Shown: one piece after another, positions 15,118 to 22,784 of the stretch
How positions within the stretch are numbered: the first letter of the stretch is position 1
How the letters are laid out: each line of letters begins with the position of its first letter
Virus record (IMG/VR): IMGVR_UViG_3300003690_000009
Span: 1 to 58,155 of that record
Strand: one strand, 5' to 3'
DNA from: a virus
Lineage: Duplodnaviria > Caudoviricetes
DNA length: 58,155 nt
Notes under the pieces: model-generated
What the model was told of the DNA's origin: nothing
Database searches by the model: none
The model's input: only the letters and a program-made list of their open reading frames with translations
Made by a program: the position numbers and the translations under genes

Positions 15118-15499
15118 CGCTCAAGGTTTTTGGTGCCCTCATGGTCTGTGGCTGGCGCTCCTATGACTTGGTGCTCTCATGACTCGTGGCTGGCGCTCCT
15201 ACTGCTTGGTGCTCTCATGACTCGTGGCTGGCGCTCATGGTCTTTGGTTCCTTCGGTTCCTTCGCGATAAGTTTGTGTTTCGCTACGTGGAAACACGCCT
15301 GGTTTGTACCCCAGGCCAGTCGGAACCTTGTACGTCCTCTTTCGGACTGGCTCGCTCGTGCAGCTTGGTACGCTCGGGAATTGTGGCTCGCTCACGTCAA
15401 GTGATGCTCTCACAGTGTGTGGCTGCCGCTCACGCCCCTTGGTGCTCTCCTGGCTGTCTGGCTCGCTCCATCCCATTGGTGCTCTCCCTCTGCGTGGCT
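15118..15499 (-). ncRNA. TIGR array 3 (7 intact units plus 1 interrupted unit)
   Basis: Units of AGCCA-N9-AGAGCACCA-N9-AGCG (36 nt) on the minus strand. Confidence 0.85.
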
Positions 15500-15787
15500 C
15501 GCGTTGCTTGGCACCCAGTGACCGCCGAACAGGTCTCGCTGGATGGCAGACAGTCTACTCCGGGGCAACCCCCGGCAGGTCCGGCACCAGGGGGCGCCGT
15601 TCGCATCGCGGTGCAAGATGGGGGTGAAGTGAGCGCTGCGTCCACAGCGCGAAATCCAGTAGCCCCCCACATGATACGGATTGCTGTAGGCCCGGAGAAT
15701 CGAGACGCCATCAATCCAGTGGACGGCCCCGCGTGGTCGTCCCGTCAACTGCACCGTGATAGACCTTGTCGTCAGGCGCTCGATCAC
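15410..15787 (-). CDS. Possible Cys/His-containing protein between TIGR arrays 2 and 3
   Basis: VHW...SRCG...WCRTC. The GTG start lies in a spacer and the 3' end runs into array 3. Confidence 0.45.
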   Translation of the reverse strand: MIERLTTRSITVQLTGRPRGAVHWIDGVSILRAYSNPYHVGGYWISRCGRSAHFTPILHRDANGAPWCRTCRGLPRSRLSAIQRDLFGGHWVPSNASHAEGEHQWDGASQTARRAPRGVSGSHTL

Positions 15788-16017
15788 AATGGCACTCTCA
15801 GCTTCTTTGGCTAAACGCTCCGCCTCTATGGTGCTCTCGGTAGATATGGCTGGCTAAACGCTCCATCTCATTGGTGCTCTCGCTTCACCTGGCTGTCTAA
15901 ACGCTCTGTTAGCATGGTGCTCTCTGTCGATATGGCTGGCGCTCATAGGGCATGGTACGCTCACATTGTGTGGCTCGCTCACGGATATTGGTACGCTCAC
16001 TACGTGTGGCTGCGCTC
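15777..16017 (-). ncRNA. TIGR array 2 (6 units)
   Basis: Same 36-nt dual-repeat unit, with 0-7 nt linkers between units. Confidence 0.88.
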
Positions 16018-16023
16018 ATCACC

Positions 16024-16497
16024 CTAGAACAACTTCCCCTCGATGACGGGTGCGACCGGGAGGACTTCTGTCGGCGCACTGAGCGCGATGACTTTCACGG
16101 CCCGCCACGCACGATACCGTGCCGACCGTGGTGAGATCGCCTTCACGGTGAGCGTCAACCGCTTCGCCTGAAATCCTGGCACGCGCAACTCGACCGGCAC
16201 CCGGTACGTCCGCAATTTTGGCACGGGCGACGCCAAGTGGTACCACGCCACGCCCGTCTCGCCGTTCTCGCGGCGTAGTTGGACATCGTACCCCGCAGAG
16301 CGCAAGGTCGATATCTTGGAGAAGTACTTGAGGCTGATCTGCGCGAGTTGCACATTGCTCACTTCATCGCAGGCCAGAAGCAGGTCAAGCACTTGCCGCT
16401 CCTGCCGACACAAGCGGACGTCCGTCTCGACCGGAACATCGGCCTTTGCCGAGGCGTCAATCGGGTATTCGTGCGGCCCTGATCCTGATGTCTGCAT
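16024..16497 (-). CDS. Winged-helix DNA-binding protein
   Basis: QVLDLL...VSNVQLAQISLKYFSKISTLRSAGYDV...GVAWYHL. Confidence 0.7.
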   Translation of the reverse strand: MQTSGSGPHEYPIDASAKADVPVETDVRLCRQERQVLDLLLACDEVSNVQLAQISLKYFSKISTLRSAGYDVQLRRENGETGVAWYHLASPVPKLRTYRVPVELRVPGFQAKRLTLTVKAISPRSARYRAWRAVKVIALSAPTEVLPVAPVIEGKLF

Positions 16498-16498
16498 C

Positions 16499-16657
16499 CT
16501 AGCTCCGCTCCACCCGGACATCGAATCGAGCGGCGAGCAACCCAGCTGCATAGCCGCACAAGACGGCGAGCGCGGTGGCAATCATCGAGGGCCACCAGAG
16601 GCCGACCATCAGCCCCACGAGCGCGACGACAGGCGCGGCAAGCGGACCCAGGCTCAT
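16499..16657 (-). CDS. Small membrane protein (not in the ORF track)
   Basis: GGGGGA RBS; MSLGPLAAPVVALVGLMVGLWWPSMIATALAVLCGYAAGLLAARFDVRVERS. Confidence 0.6.
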   Translation of the reverse strand: MSLGPLAAPVVALVGLMVGLWWPSMIATALAVLCGYAAGLLAARFDVRVERS

Positions 16658-16669
16658 ACGATCCCCCAG

Positions 16670-16856
16670 CGCTCGTGTCTCATGGTGCTCTCTCTCTGCT
16701 TGGCTCGCTTAACCAACTTGGTGCTCTCTTCCTGACTGGCTGGCGCTCAGTCGTGATGGTGCTCTCTCCTTGTTTGGCTTCCGCTCTGGTTGCATGGTGC
16801 TCTCTCCTGAGTTGGCTGCCGCTCGCCTTCTTTGGTGCGCTCAATCAAGAGTGGCT
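16670..16856 (-). ncRNA. TIGR array 1 (5 units), directly after the tas gene
   Basis: Starts 1 nt after the stop codon; 36-nt dual-spacer units. Confidence 0.9.
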
Positions 16857-16857
16857 G

Positions 16858-17706
16858 CTAGAACGGCCAATTCGGCACCTGGACGGCGTGCGTGTGTCCC
16901 AGGTGTTCCAGCACGTACGGCTTCGGTGCGTTCGTGCCGAACTCGTGGCGGTACGCGACCGCGTGCCAGTGCGCCAGGAACAGCTTGACGGCCCAGCGCT
17001 TCGCTCGCGCATGGATGTGGCCCTTCGGCAAAATCCCCGTGCTGTAGGCTTTGTAGGCGTCGGTGGTCTTGCCGATCTTGAACCGCTCCAGCTTGGCAGC
17101 GGCCTGATCCGCAAAGTCGCCGTTCTCGTTCTTCGCCTCTTCCTTGGCCTTCCGATCGGCATACAGGTGGCCGTAGACGTCGTGCTCGTTGTTATGCACC
17201 TTCACGAACGACTCGCCAATCTTCCAGCACAAGACCTTGAGTGCCGCATTCCAGGGACGCTTCTTGCCCTTCTTCCATTCGGTGGTGGGGTCGAGCCCCG
17301 CGAACCGCCAGATGTGGCCCACCGTGGGCGCCTTCTTGATGTCGATGTGCGCGCTCAACCCAGCGCTGATCACCGGCCCGATGCCCATGATGCTCCGGGA
17401 CCACCGTCCCATGAAGTCGCACGACGAGTAGGCGTCGAGCGCGTTCTTGATGTTGCGCTCCAGCAAATCCGTGTTCGCAAACAGCCACGCGATCACTTCG
17501 TGCGGCTCCCCGAACGCGGTCAGCGCCTTCACCTGGCTGTCCGTGCGCTTCCGGTTGTCCTGCTGCGTGTAGTAGGCGTCGACCAGGAAGCGTACCTCTC
17601 CCAGCGACATGGGCGTCGTACCCTCACCCCCAGCTGCTGCCTTTTTGAGATCCCGCGTCAATCGCTGGATCGGTTCCAGGGTTTCTGCGTCCGACATCCA
17701 TCCCAT
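16858..17706 (-). CDS. tasA: TasA-like Nop/IS110-related RNA-guided DNA-binding protein without a nuclease domain
   Basis: Coiled coil, then SIMGIGPVISAGL...HIWRFAGL...WNAALK...HIHARAKRWAVKLFL (IS110/Nop-type RNA-binding domain). No RuvC or HNH domain in 282 aa; adjacent to TIGR arrays. Confidence 0.85.
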   Translation of the reverse strand: MGWMSDAETLEPIQRLTRDLKKAAAGGEGTTPMSLGEVRFLVDAYYTQQDNRKRTDSQVKALTAFGEPHEVIAWLFANTDLLERNIKNALDAYSSCDFMGRWSRSIMGIGPVISAGLSAHIDIKKAPTVGHIWRFAGLDPTTEWKKGKKRPWNAALKVLCWKIGESFVKVHNNEHDVYGHLYADRKAKEEAKNENGDFADQAAAKLERFKIGKTTDAYKAYSTGILPKGHIHARAKRWAVKLFLAHWHAVAYRHEFGTNAPKPYVLEHLGHTHAVQVPNWPF

Positions 17707-17709
17707 TCC

Positions 17710-18402
17710 TCATTCCTCCGTGGTTGGGCGCCCAGTGACCTTGAGCGCGGTGGCGAAACTTCCGGCCATGGTGACGAGCTTTGGCAGCGTGCGCTGCCCG
17801 GCCGCGATCAGCTTGGCTTTCGGGTGGTCCGCATCGATCGCCAGATACATCTGCACAATCTGGCTGAGAGCAGCGCGATTGTAGGCCACGCACAACGCGC
17901 GTGCGGCCTCCAGGTCTTTGCCCCGCTGTCTGTTGCTCTGGACGTAGGGCTGCCCGAGTGTCTCCAGGTGCTGCGCCGGATAGGCTTCCACCAGCTGCGT
18001 GGCCCGGACATCCATCTCATCCGGCTCTGCCTCGGGCGGGAGCACCCCATTCGGGGCGTCCGGGAACTTGCTCTTCGTACGCTTGTGCAAGCCCTGCTGG
18101 TGCGTCGAGAACTGGACGATCTGAATCACCTGCTTGTCTTCAGACAGGTAGCGGTACATCAGCCCAGCTGACACCATCAGGTCGATCGCCATGTCGAACG
18201 CATCCTCACTGCGCTTCGACGTCGGCCAAACCCGGTGCTTGATGGTGAAGGCGTCTCCGCTAAATTTCCCGAAGTCGTCGCACCAACTGACGATCAGCGG
18301 GAACAGGCACTGCGCGAACTCGCCCAGCTGTTTGTGCTCGCCCAGCTTCGCGAATCGCTGGGAGGTACCGAGGGTAATGCTGATCATGCGTCCGCGCGCC
18401 AC
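17710..18402 (-). CDS. Phage replication initiator (replisome-organiser type)
   Basis: GTG after AGGAG: MARGRMIS...CDDFGKFSGD...IKHRVWP...F.THQQGLHKRTKSKFP; lies upstream of dnaB. Confidence 0.75.
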   Translation of the reverse strand: MARGRMISITLGTSQRFAKLGEHKQLGEFAQCLFPLIVSWCDDFGKFSGDAFTIKHRVWPTSKRSEDAFDMAIDLMVSAGLMYRYLSEDKQVIQIVQFSTHQQGLHKRTKSKFPDAPNGVLPPEAEPDEMDVRATQLVEAYPAQHLETLGQPYVQSNRQRGKDLEAARALCVAYNRAALSQIVQMYLAIDADHPKAKLIAAGQRTLPKLVTMAGSFATALKVTGRPTTEE

Positions 18403-18418
18403 GGCGATTCTCCTGATG

Positions 18419-18814
18419 TCATGCGGTAGGTTGCCACCGAGCACGCATGGACGTGAGGGTGCCATTCGGCACTTCGTGGCACGAGCCGTGGTCCCCATGA
18501 CACTCAATGATCGTCACGGTGTAACCATGTGTCTCGGCCAATTTGCGATACGGTGCGTACTCCCACTCCTGCGTGAAGGTGTTCGACACGGCGATGATGG
18601 GCAACTCGAAAGCCATCGCGTGCTCGGCCCGCTTCTGGCAGTAATAGTGGGCGTCCTTCAGGAGGTCCGCGTTGAACGTGTAGTCCCCATCGGCCGTGAT
18701 GAAGTAGTCGTCCGCCTCGCAGACCCGGCCATCGTAGGCCGTTTCAACGAGCGCGCGGGCCAGCGTGCTCTTGCCGCTCCCTGGCAGTCCCCGAATGAGA
18801 TACAGACGCTTCAT
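18419..18814 (-). CDS. P-loop kinase, AAA_33/polynucleotide-kinase-like
   Basis: RGLPGSGKST, EADDYF, VSNTFTQEWE and HEVP..T...MR; alternative start at 18841. Confidence 0.85.
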   Translation of the reverse strand: MKRLYLIRGLPGSGKSTLARALVETAYDGRVCEADDYFITADGDYTFNADLLKDAHYYCQKRAEHAMAFELPIIAVSNTFTQEWEYAPYRKLAETHGYTVTIIECHGDHGSCHEVPNGTLTSMRARWQPTA

Positions 18815-18824
18815 GGGCGGACGT

Positions 18825-19199
18825 TTAGAAGGGGATGTCATCTTCCAAAGGCGATGGAGGCGTATTCTTGGGGACGGGCTTGCCCAGCAGCACGATGCGG
18901 TAGACCCGAATCTCGGTCATGTAGCGCTTCTCGCCGTCCTTCTCGTAGGTGCGCGTGTGGATGGAGCCGATCACCGACAGCTGGGTGCCCTTCAGCAGGT
19001 ATTGGCCGATGGCATCGACGCCTTTCCCCCAGAAATTACAGCGGTGCCAGTCGGTCTTTTCCTCCTGCTCTCCGGCCCGATTCTTGAAGCGCTCCGTCGT
19101 CGCCAGCGAGAAGGTCGCCAGCGGGCTCCCCTTGATGTTCTTGATCTCGGCATCGGCACCGAGGTTGCCAATCAACGTGACCTGATTCAAACACCCCAT
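18825..19199 (-). CDS. ssb: Single-stranded DNA-binding protein
   Basis: NQVTLIGNLG, TDWHR and C-terminal DDIPF. Confidence 0.96.
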   Translation of the reverse strand: MGCLNQVTLIGNLGADAEIKNIKGSPLATFSLATTERFKNRAGEQEEKTDWHRCNFWGKGVDAIGQYLLKGTQLSVIGSIHTRTYEKDGEKRYMTEIRVYRIVLLGKPVPKNTPPSPLEDDIPF

Positions 19200-19948
19200 T
19201 CTTCGTTGTCCTTTCTCGTCGCGACGACCGCGACATCCTTTGTGGACTTAACCGTAACGCCCGCCAGATCCAGATTGTCCCGGAGCGCCGTGGCAAGCTT
19301 CTTCAGTTCAGCCTTGTTCACCGACAACACGCGCTGCCACTTCGGCTCCAGCGCGCATTGCTGAATCAACGCATTCATGTCCGTCACCGTCGCGACCCAC
19401 CGGGTCCGGTACTGGAGCCCGTCCACCTCCGGCACCGAGTCACGCAGCACGACCGGCGGCAGCGTCAACGGCTCGCGGGAGAGTGCATCCGCTTGCGCGC
19501 TTTCTCCGCTGGCCCGCAGCACCTCGACCTGTGACGCGCGCACCGCTTCAACAGTCTCGCGTGCCTGCCGTTCTCGGGTGACCTGCGCCGCCCGTTCCTC
19601 GGTCTCCTGCTTCTCCCGCCACGCGGCGATCTTGCCTTTCAGGAGGTGCTCCGATGTTACTAGCGGGTCATCCTGTCGTTTCCTGACGGCCACCGCTTCC
19701 TTGTGCGCGCGATGGGCCTGGGTGACCATGGGTCCGTAGGCGTCCTCCACCCGCTTGCGGATCGCCTTGATGGCCCGGAGAAACTCAATCGCCTGCCCGT
19801 AGTCCCGCTGCGACAAGATCGAAAGGGCGGTCACCTGCTCCACCACCGTCAATGTCTGAGCATGGATGTGCGTGTTCTCCGCGACCACCTCTCCCGTATC
19901 TAAGGCGATCAGGGCGGTCATGTCGGTCACGTCGGTCACGTCGGTCAT
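19187..19948 (-). CDS. Coiled-coil protein of the recombination module
   Basis: GGAAGGAG RBS; long helical region; located between exonuclease and ssb. Confidence 0.7.
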   Translation of the reverse strand: MTDVTDVTDMTALIALDTGEVVAENTHIHAQTLTVVEQVTALSILSQRDYGQAIEFLRAIKAIRKRVEDAYGPMVTQAHRAHKEAVAVRKRQDDPLVTSEHLLKGKIAAWREKQETEERAAQVTRERQARETVEAVRASQVEVLRASGESAQADALSREPLTLPPVVLRDSVPEVDGLQYRTRWVATVTDMNALIQQCALEPKWQRVLSVNKAELKKLATALRDNLDLAGVTVKSTKDVAVVATRKDNEEWGV

Positions 19949-19990
19949 GTGCTCCTTCCATTGAGAGCGTGTAAACGCTCCCAAATACCC

Positions 19991-20686
19991 CTATCGTTCC
20001 CTCCCGCCGCACTGCCTGATCCAGTGCGCGACGGTGAGTGCGGAGGTGAAAACGCCCGCATCCATGGGGTTTACGTAGGGGGTTAATGTGTAATTCCCGT
20101 TCTCACGCAGGTAAAGCCCGTAGCGCTTGATCTTCACGGCATCAGCGGCGGCATCACGCCGGGCGAGGTACTGGGTCAGTAGGTGGTGATACCCGGCCAG
20201 CTGGATTGCGTGCCAGGGAGCTTGGCCCCCGCGCCCGGTCTTCAGGTCGATGATCGCGTCCTGCGGGACGCCCTTGACCGTGATGGTCCCGACGCGGTCG
20301 ATGGTTCCGGCCACATCGCTGACGTCATCGGCAAAGATGGCTTCCACCCGCGTGTAAACGGGCGTGCAGTCATCCAGAAAGCGGCGGTAGGAGTCCAGGT
20401 AGGGCTTGATGGTTCCGTCGACCGTCTGCTCGTCCAGCTGGCCCAGGTCGTGCAGCGCTGCCGCGCGATGAAAATAGGTGCCGCGCACCCTCGCACGCTC
20501 GTTGAACCATTTCGTGTCCACGAGCCCGGCGAGGTGCAGCGTCTCGTTGACGCCCAGGGCTTGACGGCCGTCCTGTTTGAACCAGTAGGTGTGGTCTTGC
20601 GCGACGAAGTCGATCGCTGGATCGAGGGACGCACCCCACGCCGTACGAGGAGTCTGCTGATCACCCACCGAAGAGAGCCGACTCAT
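19991..20686 (-). CDS. PD-(D/E)XK (Cas4/RecB-like) exonuclease
   Basis: RGTYFH, AGTIDRVG, IIDLKTG and QLAGY motifs. Confidence 0.88.
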   Translation of the reverse strand: MSRLSSVGDQQTPRTAWGASLDPAIDFVAQDHTYWFKQDGRQALGVNETLHLAGLVDTKWFNERARVRGTYFHRAAALHDLGQLDEQTVDGTIKPYLDSYRRFLDDCTPVYTRVEAIFADDVSDVAGTIDRVGTITVKGVPQDAIIDLKTGRGGQAPWHAIQLAGYHHLLTQYLARRDAAADAVKIKRYGLYLRENGNYTLTPYVNPMDAGVFTSALTVAHWIRQCGGRER

Positions 20687-21404
20687 TATCTATCTTTACC
20701 TTTCGAGTGTTCCGCTTTGGCTGTGGCTCGGTCATTCCGTGCGTGGTCGCGGGCTTGATGGCAGCCGCCCGCTTCAGATTCTGTGTGAAGATGGCTTTCA
20801 GGGCATCGCGCTGGTCGCTTTCGGCCAGCTGGCCGTGTTCGTCAATGAAGTGTCTTTTCTCGTTGTCGGAGAAATGCATCTCACCGAAGGCGTATTCACG
20901 ATACGTCTCAAAGGAGTCGAAGTCCTTGCGGGTCTTCTTCCGGGCGCGCTTCGTGACGGGCACCGGCTTGGCGGGACCGTGGTCGGCCGCTTCCGCGTCA
21001 TCGTCAACATGATCACTAACGCCGCCATCGATCTCGTCACCCACAATGATCTGCACCATCGCTCGTAGCCCGAGGCGCTGGCCGTAGGTGGAGCAGGACG
21101 AGATCGCTTGGGAACCGGGCCGCTCTGGCTTCAGCGCAATCTCACTCGACAGAAACTCGCCCGACTCGTGGAGCAGCATCGTCTCCATCACAAGGTGTCC
21201 GTTCTCCGGGTCCGTCGACGGCGCCTGAATCACGGTCAGACCGTGCTTGGCGAGATGCGCGAGCGCGGAGCGCTGCAAGGACGACAGGCCAGCGAACTCA
21301 TTTCCGAAGTGATCGTTTTTCTGGTCGGCCTGGGCCAGGGGAAAGCCTTCCTGCGCCTTCACCCGCGCCGCCGCCAGCTTCGTGATGCTGTCGCTGTGCT
21401 TCAC
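20661..21404 (-). CDS. ERF-family single-strand annealing protein
   Basis: NDHF...HGLTVIQ...TMLLHESGEF...STYGQRLGL...DDDAE. Confidence 0.85.
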   Translation of the reverse strand: MKHSDSITKLAAARVKAQEGFPLAQADQKNDHFGNEFAGLSSLQRSALAHLAKHGLTVIQAPSTDPENGHLVMETMLLHESGEFLSSEIALKPERPGSQAISSCSTYGQRLGLRAMVQIIVGDEIDGGVSDHVDDDAEAADHGPAKPVPVTKRARKKTRKDFDSFETYREYAFGEMHFSDNEKRHFIDEHGQLAESDQRDALKAIFTQNLKRAAAIKPATTHGMTEPQPKRNTRKVKIDNESALFGG

Positions 21405-21700
21405 TATGCCACCTTCCTCTTTAGTCTCTTCTTCGGACTCAACTCGATGTCTGTCAACGGCGGAAACAAATCCGCAATCGCAACCTCAAAAAAAGCCGCG
21501 AACCGGTGCGCGTTCTCAACAGTGATGGTGCGGTAGCGATTGCCAGCCACATCGCTGATGTAGCTCCGCGCGATCCGCAATTCGTACGACAGTTCGTCTT
21601 GCGAGATCCCGACGAGCTTCAGGGCAAGCGCTAACCGGTTCCCCTTTTTTTGCCGTCGCAGGCTGGCGAGATGTATCTTCGTGAGTGGGCGATTCAACAT
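21404..21700 (-). CDS. XRE-family HTH regulator (Cro/cI-like)
   Basis: ISQDELSYELRIARSYISDV...A.FFEVAIADLF. Confidence 0.88.
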   Translation of the reverse strand: MLNRPLTKIHLASLRRQKKGNRLALALKLVGISQDELSYELRIARSYISDVAGNRYRTITVENAHRFAAFFEVAIADLFPPLTDIELSPKKRLKRKVA

Positions 21701-21710
21701 GACGGAGACC

Positions 21711-21740
21711 AGGGTACAGGAAACCCCCAGCCGTTGTCAA
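21711..21740 (-). promoter_or_regulatory. Promoter of the HTH/recombination/replication operon
   Basis: TTGACA, 18 nt, TACCCT ending 10 nt before the ATG (near-leaderless). Imperfect inverted repeat GTTTCACAC/GTGTGTAAAC upstream. Confidence 0.6.
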
Positions 21741-21780
21741 CGTGAAAAACGAACTGTTTCACACTGGGTGTGTAAACGTC

Positions 21781-22248
21781 CTACGACGGCCACTCTCCGG
21801 TGCGGAGGATCTCGGCCAGCTGGAGCGCACGGTCGCCCACCGTGGTGGCGTATTTTGAATCCAGCAGTTCGATGCTGGCCTCTTCAAAGTCACCGAGGCG
21901 GAGCGCCTCATGCGTACGCTTGAACGAACTCCAGCCCACCACCCCGCAGTTGAAAACCATCGAGATGCACACCGCTTGGCGCGGCTCATTCAGGTCGGCA
22001 AAGTACTGGTAGACTTTCGCGCCGGAGCGGGCGATGGTGATGTCGCGGTCGAACAAGATCATGATCTCGGTGCGCGACAATCCCCGGTCGGTCAGGTTCC
22101 GGCCGACGCCGATGGTGAGCTTGCCTCGCAGGCGAGTGCCACGCTTGAGCGCGCGGCCGGTCTGGTCGTCGTAGGGTTTTTTCCTGAGCCCTTCGTGCGC
22201 GATCAGGAGGTCTTGCAGTCTGGAGAGAGGAATCCGGGAGAGAGACAT
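21781..22248 (-). CDS. Endolysin, T4-lysozyme-like (GH24)
   Basis: HEGLR..PYDD...LTIGVGRNL, MVFNCG and LLDSKYA..VG.RA motifs. Confidence 0.9.
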   Translation of the reverse strand: MSLSRIPLSRLQDLLIAHEGLRKKPYDDQTGRALKRGTRLRGKLTIGVGRNLTDRGLSRTEIMILFDRDITIARSGAKVYQYFADLNEPRQAVCISMVFNCGVVGWSSFKRTHEALRLGDFEEASIELLDSKYATTVGDRALQLAEILRTGEWPS

Positions 22249-22250
22249 CT

Positions 22251-22517
22251 TTACCGCTTCGATCGCCACACGAACTTAATCCGAGAAAGGCGCCAGCCCG
22301 TCACCGCACCCAGCGCGCTGCCACTGGCGTAGGGCAACCAGCCCCACGGCACCTGCTCGACGGTCGCCAGGACGTTCCCATACCAGCAGCACGCGAGCAC
22401 AAAAGCACCCCAGCAGATACGCCACGCGCTCCCGTACTGAAGGTTTCGGGTCTGCCAGGAGACGAGGCCGACGAGGAGAAATCCACGAACGGCGAGATAC
22501 AAAAAGTCAGGGATCAC
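22251..22517 (-). CDS. Multi-TM protein, holin candidate
   Basis: Three hydrophobic segments; adjacent to the endolysin. Confidence 0.6.
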   Translation of the reverse strand: MIPDFLYLAVRGFLLVGLVSWQTRNLQYGSAWRICWGAFVLACCWYGNVLATVEQVPWGWLPYASGSALGAVTGWRLSRIKFVWRSKR

Positions 22518-22777
22518 GGCTCTGGGTCAACCGGCTCCTGGGCGTCCCCTACCACACTCTCGTTCAGCAAATTATCCAGCATCATCGCGCGGGTGAGGGC
22601 GTTGCCCTCCGGCGTCCGGATGTTGGTGCCCTGGAAAAGCCACTCCATCGCCGCTGTCACGGGTGGCTCCTGCGCCCCCTGGACTTGCCGGACGCGATAC
22701 TCCACCGACCCCAGCCAGAGAAGACCGAGAACCACCAGCAACACGTAGAAGGCGAGCTTGTATGTTACCGTCATCAT
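22514..22777 (-). CDS. Membrane-anchored protein
   Basis: Single N-terminal TM segment. Confidence 0.65.
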   Translation of the reverse strand: MMTVTYKLAFYVLLVVLGLLWLGSVEYRVRQVQGAQEPPVTAAMEWLFQGTNIRTPEGNALTRAMMLDNLLNESVVGDAQEPVDPEP

Positions 22778-22784
22778 CAGTGCC

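Noticed and set aside
15118-16856. CRISPR array
   Set aside because: Two alternating repeats of about 9 nt with 9-nt spacers and no cas genes; this fits TIGR, not CRISPR.
16858-17706. IS110 transposase or mobile element
   Set aside because: It lacks the N-terminal DEDD RuvC-like domain and has TIGR arrays attached.
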